Below, piece after piece: positions 52,201 through 64,000 of a stretch of DNA of 64,000 nucleotides. Position 1 is the stretch's first letter; each line of letters opens with the position of its first letter. The position numbers were made by a program, and so were the translations under genes. This DNA is from Auanema rhodensis (Eukaryota; Animalia; Nematoda): NCBI GenBank assembly GCA_964057225.1, contig OZ059897.1, forward strand, positions 11,904,001 through 11,968,000, given 5' to 3'. Below the pieces are notes generated by a model. That model had not been told where the DNA came from. It made no database searches and saw nothing but the letters and a program-made list of their open reading frames with translations.

Positions 52201-54880
52201 TTTCACTGCAAGCATCACACGAAAGTGAAGAGAAATGGTTTAAACATATTGAGACGTTTTTATGAATATCTGAAATAGTTATTTAGGTAGAATGAATATG
52301 GTTAATGAAAAAAATGGTTAAAAGCTTTAAGAACGAATAGGCGGTGCTAGTAGCACAGCATAATTAAGATCAATGAGAAAAAAAGCTTTATCATTAAAAT
52401 CTCTTAAATCTCAAGCATTATTCATAGAGTAATATGTATAATTGACTTCTTACACTTCTATGTCCAGAGAGAATGAATGAATTTCTTTTTTTTTTTAATT
52501 ATAATAAGTATATAACAATAACAAGTTGGAATAAGTTCACTTACACCTTAACAACATTTATTTAAAATAATAGAAAAAAATCTTTAGTTCAATTTTTAGA
52601 TTGAACGTGTGTAGAAAGAATAGAAAAGTGATTTGAATCTTTTTTTTTAAGATTCAAGAAGACATTGAGGCTATATTGTTTAAGGTCATATAGTAAGTAT
52701 AGATAGGAGGAGGTTAAAGAAGAAAAAAAAGATGTTTTTCAATTAAATATCTTTAATGTATAAGAATAGTTAAAATAAAATGTGAATACTATGAACGATA
52801 GAAAATAAAACGAAAAACAATAAAAATAATAAAAAGTTGAAATAGTTTAAGTAGATTTTAAAGAACAAAGTAGAAAGAAATAAAGAAAGTAAATTTGATT
52901 GATCCTTTGAAACTTGACTAGAACTACGTTTCAACAGAAACCGTTCGACGGAAATATACCTGGAGATAAAAACCTATCAAGAGCAATGAAATAGTTCTGA
53001 AAAGCGTAGACAGTAGAAGTTAAAAAGATTTAGAAAATGGAAGAGAAGTCTGTAGAATGAGAGAGAGATAGAGAGATGAGAGCATGAGGAAAGAGTTTTA
53101 AGAGAGACCTGTTTGATCAGACACTATTCACCTTCAGCTGGAGTTTCGCAGGCATTTTTTTCAGACAAAAAGAGGACAAATAGATAACTTTCTTTGAACA
53201 CGATGTTCTTCCTGATCTGTGTCCAAAGTAAAATCATTTTTTGAATGAAAGAATGATTTTTAACAAATAATATTAAAATAATTATCATAATAAATACTTA
53301 TTCAAGTTTTTGCTTTAAGCATATCTTGAACTGAAGCTCAATATAGTACTAAGCGATATCATTGTGCAAGCTAAAATTTAAAAATCTAAGAGCAATGTCA
53401 ATGACGGAACCAAAATTTAATACTCTATGCTAAGGAAAAGAAGAATTGTCTAAATAGTTTCCAACAAATTTTCAAACAATACACAACAAAGAAAAGATTT
53501 TTTTATATTTCTCTTGTCGTTGTTGTATTTGTTAAAATTGACATTAAGATATATGGTATAAGTATGTATGTACATACTACATACATACAAGAATGTTCAA
53601 AAGTATATTGAATGTCATCTATCTAAGAAAATCCTTTTTTTAAAGCTTAAATATCTCAGAGTAGTAGCAGCAGCAGATGAAAGTTTTAAAACTCGTTGAG
53701 ACCATAAAAGAAAAAATGTCTTTTGAATGCTTTTTTTTATGTTAGAATAAGTCTTAACTTAGTCACTGATCATAGTTTACAAAATACATTATGGGTGGTC
53801 GTTACGAGGATATTTGATGTCAAATGAGCATTCAGAATATTTGGCAGAAACGTTCTCAAAGAATGATAAATGTTTGTATTTGACTTCTCAGACTTTTCCT
53901 AAAGTGCATGTGTCTATCGAAAAACGTTTGGAAGAAAAATGAAATGGAAAATCAATAAACAAAATTATTTGTTAGTTAAAACAGATATAGCACGTGAAAG
54001 AATATAAGTTAAAATGACATTTGTACATTACTCCTAGGCTCTAACTGGATGTCCTTCGTTCGTATACGTTTTTTTCGAATAAAACTTTTTTTTAAAGATT
54101 TGTCTTGTAATCGAACAATGTTCCAGTTGGTTATTAAAAACTTCAAATCAAGGACAATTCTAGATTATAAAGATCCAAAGATTTACATTCATATTTTTAT
54201 AAAATGATAAATAATTTATATAATTTCAAGTTCTGGCCTCTTAATACAAGACTTTGTAATTTGATTACATAGAAAGCTTAGCAACTATTGCTTTCTTCTG
54301 TAATTTAACGAAACATTTTCCCTCAAAACAGTACATGTACATATATTTCTAATATATATTATACATTAGGAATGACTATTGAAATTCCTTTTCTCGGTTG
54401 TTTAAGCATGTATAAGACTTCCACTGAAATCTCAATTTAACAATGAACTATCACATATATTTATATACAATTACAATAGTTTTCTAAATTTTTGATTCTT
54501 AAAATGTAAATTTTATAATTAAAAGAGATTAACTTTTGATTTTCTCAAATTGAATCTCTGAAAGTTTCAAGAGTTCAGCTTGTATTTAGCTTAATACGCT
54601 TAAGTTGCTCCAAACTGTAGCATAAGAAAAATCTGTTACATTTATCTTTTCTAACTGCTCTTCAAATGTACAATACAACTCTTCAGAAAAAATTTTCAAC
54701 TTCCTTAATTAATTATTCTTCTCCAAAATTAGCGAAATATTAATAGAAGCTTTATCCTACCGCATTGAAATCAGGCTGCCCTATCTGGTCTAGAAATACA
54801 CAGGGAAACAATACAAAATATATAATATTCCTTTTTGGAGCCCTATTATTTTGTACAATTTTAGAATTATTATTTTTCTG

Positions 54881-55408
54881 GGCGCTTTTTCCGTTTCTAT
54901 TTCCCGATTTTAGCCCCGCCCCTTTTGCCGTTAGGCACATACTTTTATTAAAATGTGATACCTATATGAGATACGGTGGTGTCCAGATATCCACAAATGT
55001 TCCATTTTTTTATAATTTTCCTTCTACGGTCTTATATGGTCTCCACTTATTTCGAGCAAAAGAAAGACTCATTTGTCGTTAACATCGCTCACATTCGTTA
55101 GTCTCAAAGACTATACCTTTTTCTTGCAAGAATTGAATGGCATAAGCTTCAGTACAAAGCCGTTCTTTTAGAGCAAACATTTAGACGAAATATGGTTGAT
55201 AATGTAGATGCAATAACCAATAATGATTTAGTTTTTATATCATAATATATTTAAGGTTTATTATACTTATTATAGCTACCCCCATAGGGGGGAAAACCCC
55301 CCCAAACCCCCCTGTTTTAGGAAGGGAAGCCGAATGGTAGAAAAGTATGCGTCCAACGGCAAAAGGGGCGGGGCTAAAATCGGGGGATATAGAAACGGAA
55401 AAAGAACC
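54881..55408 (-). mobile_element. Internally deleted Merlin (IS1016/IS1595-like) DNA transposon
   Basis: GG...CC termini, ~65-bp imperfect TIRs, and a perfect 8-bp TSD TTTTTCTG (54873-54880 and 55409-55416). The minus strand from 55180 reads MFALKERLCTEAYAIQFLQEKGIVFETNECERC*RQMSLSFARNKWR, resembling a Merlin transposase N-terminal zinc ribbon. Confidence 0.85.
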
Positions 55409-56079
55409 TTTTTCTGTTTATGAAATAAGTTTTTGCCTAAATTTGCCTATGTTACATGTGTTAATTTTCAACATTTTACTCTTCTATAGGTGAATGATTG
55501 TTCTGATTTTTCTGCATAGTTTTTCTTTTACCTTATCCAATGATCACTGAATAAATTATTTTTATTTTTACAATGTTCTCTATGAGTTTTACCTGAAAAA
55601 AATTCTTAAATTTCTACATTAAGTTGATTACCATTTTTCTGCTCTAGCTTTCGGTGCGAGACCAATATTAGTTGCATCTTGTGTTTGGAAAGAAAGGAGT
55701 TTACCCTATCACCGATTTAGAGCTTGGGAGACAAATGAGACAACACAAAAGTGTATGATTTAGCAATTTTAAATTATTTTGTGGTTCCATTAATATTTCT
55801 TATCATAACAAAACTAGAAAATAAGGAGAAAGTGAACAAGTTAAAGCTTTAGGCATCTCTTATACTATTGTATAGGAGAAAATAATTATAGTAGTTTCAT
55901 ACAGTAAATTTGGTATAATTCGAATCCAAATGTATAATAAATAAAGTCAAATTCTCAATATCAGTCTTTTTGGATTTGCAGAAATATAACACACTACTAC
56001 GATTCGTAAGCATTTTTTAAAAAATATATACTGATTATGAAATCATTTCGTAGCTAACTAAAATAATATACATGTATAC

Positions 56080-56455
56080 TAGAGTTGGACACGACACGAA
56101 AATAGAAGTGTCGATTTTAAATTTTTGTCGAAAAGATTTGTCGATTTGTGTAGATATGTCGAATTTTATCAAAAAAACAATAGAAAACAGTATTTTCTGC
56201 ACATTTGATTACTCTATATCAATGTGACTATCCCTCTCTTCTTCTATTTCTTTTTCTTCTTCTTCCTCTGTTTCAATATGTTCCCCTTTTCATGTTGAGA
56301 AATAATTGAATTTTAATTTAAAAGCTTTTTTTAGGTGAATTTTCCTTACGGGATTAATAAAACGGTTGTCGATAATTTAATTTCATAGTTGATTATCAAT
56401 TCGATCCTGATAATCGACTATCGTGTCGACATATCGATTTCGATTCCTAACTCTT
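56080..56455. mobile_element. hAT-like MITE, copy 1
   Basis: Termini TAGAGTTGG...CCTAACTCTT, a 7/8-matching 8-bp TSD (ATGTATAC/ATGTAAAC), and dense subterminal (G)TCGA repeats at both ends. Confidence 0.6.
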
Positions 56456-57245
56456 ATGTAAACATATTGTTTTTCCATTTTTTTTTGTAGTTCCATTTCG
56501 GAAATTTTCATAATAATATACATAGTGTTGCAGCAAAGATATTATTGTTTCATTATGAAGAAATAAATAAATTTCTATATTTTATATTAAATACAAATCT
56601 GCTTATCACGGATGTTTTATTGAACATTTTAAATTTGTTTCAGACCTTTATTGTTGTTTTTCTTCATTTTTCTCATATTTGTTTGACACCCGGCTGGTTT
56701 TGGTAGTTCCGACTCAGAAATTTTAGTGTTTTTTCATATGTACCTCTAAAGTATTATTATACATGATTACCTAAGCACATTTGATTCTCATTCGAAAGTA
56801 TCTGCATAGAGGATAATTAAAAATCTAATTAATTCTTTTAAAATTATATGCAAAGAATAATAACAGAGCATAAAGAGAAAAAGTAACAAAAATTGTCAAC
56901 ATACCGTAACTAATTTTTGCTCAACTCCATTGTGGACTTCACACACAACGAAGAACATCCCTTCAACCAAATAATATAGAAGCTCAAGCTTTACCACGTT
57001 CCATCCTTTTTCAAATAATTTAGCCATGTTTTAATAGTGTTTTACTTGAGTACGAATAATAAATTTTTAAATACTGCCTCATTTAATGAATGATGTTATT
57101 AACCAATTTAAACAACAAAATCTATTAAATTTATATAAGAAGTATTATAACAGTCCAGAATCGTTTATGTAAATTCTTGTTAAATCTATAGTTTGCATTA
57201 TATTTTTGAATTTTATAATTAAATCAATTTCAGCGTTTTAATTAT

Positions 57246-59350
57246 ATGTTTTATACACTTGTATTAAACTTATGTACTCCGATTACCATAATCACTTTTC
57301 TCTTATCATTCTTCTCTATTTCTCGTCATTCCCCATCACAAATGAACACTGGATTTAGGATTTTGTTAAGTTTAGAATGTTTTGTGTAAGTTTTATTAAG
57401 AATATATTTCTAAAATTCTTACTTAAGTGGCTCATTATTCTCCTTACTGATATGCGCTTCAAAACCAAATTTTTTAGCCCCTTGTTTCGGAGGAGTTTAT
57501 AAAGGATTTTTTGTATATTTTCAAGTATCACCTATTAGATTAAGTGTATTTCTTATTTCTTTAGTATATTGTAAGTTTTGAAATAAGGAAAATCTTGACT
57601 CTAGTGCAGTTTCCCCCTCCCCCACGGCCGTAAGCTCCTTTTGTCAAACGGTGCACACTTTTTGTCAATCTGCATAATTTTGAATGGGCGAGAGATATAT
57701 CTTTCAGAACAGGGATTTGGGAAGAGGGGGGATGTGTAAATCGGTTCTCGTGAAAGATAGAAAGATGCAGTTTTCAAATTTGAATTCCCCGTGTCCATAT
57801 TAATCTGAAAACATAATTTTATTGATATTGGTGTATGGTAACCATGACTTTGAAATTTGCTTGAACTTTAATTTATGCTAATTAATTGTACACGTGATGT
57901 GCACATGGTATGTAACTCGCTTCCCGTGAAAGATAAAGAAATGCGGTTCTCAAAATTAGATTCCCCATGTCCATATTAATCTGAAAACATAATTTTATTG
58001 ATATTGGTTCATGGTAACCATGACTTTGAAATTTGCGTGAACTTTAATTTATGCAAATTTAATGTACACGTGGTGTGCACATGGTATGTAACTCGCTTCA
58101 CGTGAAAGATAAAGAGATGCGGTTTTCAAAATTAGATTCCCCATGTCCATATTAGTCTAAAAAAAAATTTTTATTGATATTGGTGCATGGTAACCATGAC
58201 TTTGAAATTTACGTGAACTTTAATTTATGCTAATTAAGTGTACACGTGATGTGCACATGGTATGTAACTCGGTTCTCGTGAAAGATAGAAAGATGCAGTT
58301 TTCAAATTTGAATTTCCCGTGACCATATTAATCTAAAAACATAATTTTATTGATATTGGTGCATGGTAATATCGGTTTTTAGCAAATTTTTTGTCATAAA
58401 TAATAATCATTCATAAATTGAGCAATTTCACGTAAAATGGTTTCAAAAAGGTATATTATTTTATTTTATTTTTAAATAACTGTGTGCAATTCGGTAAAAG
58501 GGGCGGGGCTTACGGTTTTGGGTGGTTAATTGCGGCGGGGGGTGGGGAACTGCACTTGAGCCAAAATCTTTGTTAATAGATAAAAACTTTACAATTTATG
58601 AAGTTTATGCTGGATTAACCATCTTTATGTTCTATCAGCGATATAACGCTTTACAATTACGATCACGACGACAACTTAACTATATTGTATATTTTGTATT
58701 ATGTTTCTTATATTTTGTGATTCCTATGGTGTTTCTTATTATAACAAAATTAGAAAATGTTGAAGAAGTTAGCAAGGACTGTTTAGAGGTTTTTCATGTC
58801 TTATACTTCAATATAATCTGTTTTTAGATTTATTTGGGTGATCCCAAAGATATCATATCAGAAAATAGTATAGTAGTATCATATACTAAATCTGGATGGA
58901 AAATTATTACTTTTCTATTATCTAATATGGTGCATGGTTTTTTCTTTTTTGTTCATATCAGTACATTAGGAATACTCATTATATTGAAATTTAAAAAGTT
59001 GAAATCAAGCATGTCGCAACAAACTATTAATTCTCACAAGCTATTTATGAAAATTAATTTCATCCAGGTAATAATGATGTTGAACTTAATTAATTAAATA
59101 TACCATTAAGGCCATTGTTTTAACAATAGCAGCGTATTTGACTTTTCTTTTTTTTCTATTTCCATTTCTAAATATTAATATATTAGGTAAGATAGTAGTT
59201 ATCCTTAAATTATTTGATGTTACATGGTTTTTAGTAATTCAACAATTTCTCATTATTATGTTATGTATACTCTTCGTATCTGGATCAATGCTAACCATAT
59301 ATGCAGTACCATCTTATAGAAAATCAATTATAAATCTTTTTACACTATAA
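57246..59350 (+). CDS. Serpentine chemoreceptor, Str superfamily (Srh/Sri-like), copy 1
   Basis: Five exons in frame with motifs SPSQM, PNFLAPCFGGVYKG, MFYQRY, SMSQQTINSHKLF...Q and TIYAVPSYRKSI. Start is uncertain: ATG 57246 follows TTTCAG, and an upstream ATG at 57086 does not splice cleanly in frame. Confidence 0.8.
57597..58562. mobile_element. Non-autonomous Merlin-like element with internal 176-bp tandem repeats (~3.6 units), in a chemoreceptor intron
   Basis: Imperfect TIRs G(A/G)CTC(T/A)AGTGCAGTT..., 8-bp TSD AAAATCTT (57589-57596 and 58563-58570), and the AGCCCCGCCCCTTTT motif shared with the Merlin TIR at 54.9/55.4 kb. Repeat units start at 57735, 57911, 58087 and 58263. Confidence 0.8.
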
Positions 59351-60088
59351 AATCCCGTGTACATCTAATTTATATGTATCATCTCCGGGTGTTCTAGTGT
59401 CATTTGATGCTCGAGAACTTCCTTCAGATGCTACATCACTTGCTGTGAACGTTGTATTAAATCCATTATTATCGCAATAATAGGTAGGAATATTATAAGT
59501 TTCACACATTTCTTCATATTGATTGTTGTGATTGAATTGTTGTTCCATCAAATTATTATTAAAAGCTTGATAAGGTAGTTTCTCTATTTCATCATTAGGG
59601 AAATCATTGTTGTTATACAGATTGATTCTTGGATCATCAGGAAAAAACTTTTCTTTTCTCGCATTTACACGATTTGTCGGCATTTTGGGTAAAGCATTGA
59701 AAACCATTTTTTCATCAAGTTCATCTTTTTCAAAATTTATTTCTTAAACGAATCCTTCATGCGACTTATTTCCTTAAAAGATTTGAGGGGGAAAATTATC
59801 TCACTTATTGTAACCGGAAACCTCTGTCAAGATGATTGGTACGGACCCTTGTTCTTCAGTTATTTTACATCCAACTGAATAAAGTGTTGAATCATAATCA
59901 TAGATATTTTCTCTCCAATTGCTTCCGAATAATTCTATTCGCGTTTGAGTCACATATTGCATTAAATGATATAATGCTTGTTGTCTTATATGATTTGAAT
60001 AACTAAAATGATTATAATTTCATTAGGATTTGTTGAATAAGTATTAGAGAGACCGAGATATAGAGAGAAAGAAAGAAAGAGAAAGAGG

Positions 60089-60156
<68 letters not shown>

Positions 60157-60649
60157 TATCGAAATAAAAGGACAACTAACTCATCCTTATATTCATCATT
60201 TGCATTCAATTCTTCTCCATTTCGATGAATTTGAAGAATAGAGATATGATATCTGGAAATAAAAAAACAAAGAAATGTCAATTGTTTTCTACATTTTGAT
60301 ATTTCATGTACCTGTTGATATGAGAAAAGTTGCTATTAATATTCATACGAATTAAGTTCGTGTTTAATGCAACCTTATGAGCATAGGGTAGATCGTTCGT
60401 AAGCATTAGACTGAAACTATTCTTAGTAACAAGCAAAAATGAAATATGGTATATCATATGAAAGACAAATTTGACATGTATGCGAAATAAAGATTTTTGT
60501 TAGAAATATAAAGCAAATGCTTATCCTAAACGAAAATATAACCGAGTGTCAATATGGATTCTGGCAAACTAATTAGTTCAATACTTAGCTTCTTGACATT
60601 GAGCATTTGTCTCTTTCGGAAGAAGGTTAACATTTGCTTTTAGCATCAT
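59345..60649 (-). pseudogene. Spliced gene or fragment encoding an Argonaute N-domain-like region, frameshifted into an Asn-rich tail; no PAZ/MID/PIWI
   Basis: Exons 60649-60585, 60410-60312, 60252-60181, 60002-59822 and from 59772 give ...KVALNTNLIRMNINSNFSHINRYHISI...KDDYSNHIRQQAL...LFGSNWRENIYDYDSTLYS. Stop at 59739-59737; a 1-nt shift would join the 120-aa ORF ending at 59345. Confidence 0.55.
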
Positions 60650-61302
60650 TATTTTTTGCCTAAATTTGCCTATGTTACATGTGTTAATTTTCAACATTTT
60701 ACTCTTCTATAGGTGAATGATTGTTCTGATTTTTCTGCATAGTTTTTCTTTTACCTTATCCAATGATCACTGAATAAATTATTTTTATTTTTACAATGTT
60801 CTCTATGAGTTTTACCTGAAAAAAATTCTTAAATTTCTACATTAAGTTGATTACCATTTTTCTGCTCTAGCTTTCGGTGCGAGACCAATATTAGTTGCAT
60901 CTTGTGTTTGGAAAGAAAGGAGTTTACCCTATCACCGATTTAGAGCTTGGGAGACAAATGAGACAACACAAAAGTGTATGATTTAGCAATTTTAAATTAT
61001 TTTGTGGTTCCATTAATATTTCTTATCATAACAAAACTAGAAAATAAGGAGAAAGTGAACAAGTTAAAGCTTTAGGCATCTCTTATACTATTGTATAGGA
61101 GAAAATAATTATAGTAGTTTCATACAGTAAATTTGGTATAATTCGAATCCAAATGTATAATAAATAAAGTCAAATTCTCAATATCAGTCTTTTTGGATTT
61201 GCAGAAATATAACACACTACTACGATTCGTAAGCATTTTTTAAAAAATATATACTGATTATGAAATCATTTCGTAGCTAACTAAAATAATATACATGTAT
61301 AC

Positions 61303-61678
61303 TAGAGTTGGACACGACACGAAAATAGAAGTGTCGATTTTAAATTTTTGTCGAAAAGATTTGTCGATTTGTGTAGATATGTCGAATTTTATCAAAAAAA
61401 CAATAGAAAACAGTATTTTCTGCACATTTGATTACTCTATATCAATGTGACTATCCCTCTCTTCTTCTATTTCTTTTTCTTCTTCTTCCTCTGTTTCAAT
61501 ATGTTCCCCTTTTCATGTTGAGAAATAATTGAATTTTAATTTAAAAACTTTTTTTAGGTGAATTTTCCTTACGGGATTAATAAAACGGTTGTCGATAATT
61601 TAATTTCATAGTTGATTATCAATTCGATCCTGATAATCGACTATCGTGTCGACATATCGATTTCGATTCCTAACTCTT
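61303..61678. mobile_element. hAT-like MITE, copy 2 (co-duplicated)
   Basis: Same element and flanks as 56080-56455. Confidence 0.6.
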
Positions 61679-62468
61679 ATGTAAACATATTGTTTTTCCA
61701 TTTTTTTTTGTAGTTCCATTTCGGAAATTTTCATAATAATATACATAGTGTTGCAGCAAAGATATTATTGTTTCATTATGAAGAAATAAATAAATTTCTA
61801 TATTTTATATTAAATACAAATCTGCTTATCACGGATGTTTTATTGAACATTTTAAATTTGTTTCAGACCTTTATTGTTGTTTTTCTTCATTTTTCTCATA
61901 TTTGTTTGACACCCGGCTGGTTTTGGTAGTTCCGACTCAGAAATTTTAGTGTTTTTTCATATGTACCTCTAAAGTATTATTATACATGATTACCTAAGCA
62001 CATTTGATTCTCATTCGAAAGTATCTGCATAGAGGATAATTAAAAATCTAATTAATTCTTTTAAAATTATATGCAAAGAATAATAACAGAGCATAAAGAG
62101 AAAAAGTAACAAAAATTGTCAACATACCGTAACTAATTTTTGCTCAACTCCATTGTGGACTTCACACACAACGAAGAACATCCCTTCAACCAAATAATAT
62201 AGAAGCTCAAGCTTTACCACGTTCCATCCTTTTTCAAATAATTTAGCCATGTTTTAATAGTGTTTTACTTGAGTACGAATAATAAATTTTTAAATACTGC
62301 CTCATTTAATGAATGATGTTATTAACCAATTTAAACAACAAAATCTATTAAATTTATATAAGAAGTATTATAACAGTCCAGAATCGTTTATGTAAATTCT
62401 TGTTAAATCTATAGTTTGCATTATATTTTTGAATTTTATAATTAAATCAATTTCAGCGTTTTAATTAT

Positions 62469-64000
62469 ATGTTTTATACACTTGTATTAAACTTATGTAC
62501 TCCGATCACCATAATCAGTTTTCTATTATCATCCTTCTCTATTTCTCTTCATTCCCCATCACAAATGAACACTGGATTTAGGATTTTGTTAAGTTTAGAA
62601 TGTTTTATGTAAGTTTTATTAAGAATATATTTCTAAAATTCTTACTTAAGTGGCTCATTATTCTCCTTACTGATATGCGCTGCAAAACCAAAATTTTTAG
62701 CCCCTTGTTTCGGAGGATTTTATACAGGATTTTTTGTATATTTTCAAGTAACACCTATAAAAACAACTATATTTCTTATTTCTTTAGTATATTGTAAGTT
62801 TTGAAATAAGGAAAATCTTGACTCTAGTGCAGTTTCCCCCTCCCCCACGGCCGTAAGCTCCTTTTGTCAAACGGTGCACACTTTTTGTCAATCTGCATAA
62901 TTTTGAATGGGCGAGAGATATATCTTTCAGAACAGGGATTTGGGAAGAGGAGGGATGTGTAACTCGCTTCACGTGAAAGATAAAGAGATGCGGTTTTCAA
63001 AATTAGATTCCCCATGTCCATATTAATCTGAAAACATAATTTTATTGATATAGGTTCATGGTACCCATGTCTTTGAAATTTACGTGAACTTTAATTTATG
63101 CTAATTTAATGTACACGTGGTGTGCACATGGTATGTAACTCGCTTCACGTGAAAGATAAAGAGATGCGGTTTTCAAAATTAGATTCCCCATGTCCATATT
63201 AGTCTAAAAAAAAATTTTTATTGATATTGGTGCATGGTAACCATGACTTTGAAATTTACGTGAACTTTAATTTATGCTAATTAAGTGTACACGTGATGTG
63301 CACATGGTATGTAACTCGGTTCTCGTGAAAGATAGAAAGATGCAGTTTTCAAATTTGAATTTCCCGTGACCATATTAATCTAAAAACATAATTTTATTGA
63401 TATTGGTGCATGGTAATATCGGTTTTTAGCAAATTTTTTGTCATAAATAATAATCATTCATAAATTGAGCAATTTCACGTAAAATGGTTTCAAAAAGGTA
63501 TATTATTTTATTTTATTTTTAAATAACTGTGTGCAATTCGGTAAAAGGGGCGGGGCTTACGGTTTTGGGGGGTTAATTACGGCGAGGGGTGTGGAACTGT
63601 ACTCAAGCCAAAATCTTTGTTAATAGATAAAAACTTTACAATTTATGAAGTTTATGCTGGATTAACCATCTTTATGTTCTATCAGCGATATAACGCTTTA
63701 CAATTACGACCACGACGACAACTTAACTATATTGTATATTTTGTATTATGTTTCTTATATTGTGTGAATCCTGTGATATTTCTTATTATAACAAAATTAG
63801 AAAATGTTGAAGAAGTTAACAATGACTGTTTAAAGGTTTTTCATGTCTTATACTTCAATATAATCTGTTTTTAGATGTATTTGGGTGATCCCAAAGATGT
63901 CATCTCAGAAAATAGTATAGTAATATCATATACTAAATCTGGATGGAAAGTTATTACTTTTCTATTCTCTAACATGTTGCATGTTTTTTTCTTTTTTGTT
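62469..64000 (+). CDS. Serpentine chemoreceptor (Srh/Sri-like), copy 2, 3' end outside window
   Basis: Same exon structure as copy 1, with an open frame through the visible exons. Confidence 0.78.
62820..63609. mobile_element. Non-autonomous Merlin-like element, copy 2 (~2.6 units of the 176-bp repeat)
   Basis: Same TSD AAAATCTT and same TIRs; exactly 176 bp shorter than copy 1. Confidence 0.8.

Larger units (their letters stand above)
55430..58953 (+). repeat. Tandem segmental duplication, copy 1 (portion matchable within the window)
   Basis: Matches 60653-64000 at offset 5223, or 5047 after one 176-bp unit difference. Confidence 0.97.
60653..64000 (+). repeat. Tandem segmental duplication, copy 2 (runs off the window)
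   Basis: Near-identical to 55430-58953. Confidence 0.97.

Noticed and set aside
26088-52265. ORF-track entries rich in SLSLSL, ERERER or F/L
   Set aside because: Translations of GA/CT microsatellites and AT-rich non-coding DNA; no domains or splice support.
54765-55082. 105-aa plus-strand ORF
   Set aside because: Runs across the Merlin TIR and antisense to the transposase remnant; spurious.
57735-58370. Regular repeats as a CRISPR-like array
   Set aside because: Head-to-tail 176-bp units without unique spacers, inside a eukaryotic MITE.

Overview
AT-rich genomic DNA from a rhabditid-type nematode, with many 40-60 nt introns and trans-splice-type acceptors. The left ~20 kb is gene-dense on the + strand. 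It holds the 3' part of an opsin-like GPCR with Arg at the retinal-binding Lys position (sro-1/nemopsin), then pisy-1 and snrp-200 (Brr2) in operon-like spacing, with a tRNA-Arg(CCG) inside a snrp-200 intron, then the PAK kinase max-2. The middle ~34 kb is the minus-strand heterochronic zinc-finger gene lin-29, with a 16 kb intron and long regulatory flanks. Its ATG-free first exon carries six regularly spaced tri-loop hairpins matching LIN-41/TRIM71 response elements, and the locus repeats an unexplained AAAAACGHCTG motif. The right ~9 kb is accessory DNA: an internally deleted Merlin transposon and a recent 5223-bp-offset tandem duplication of a Srh/Str-type chemoreceptor. The two copies differ almost only at amino-acid-changing sites. 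The duplicated unit carries two MITEs, and a spliced Argonaute N-domain-only gene or fragment lies between the copies. All exon structures were inferred by eye from splice signals and remembered homologues; no searches were run.
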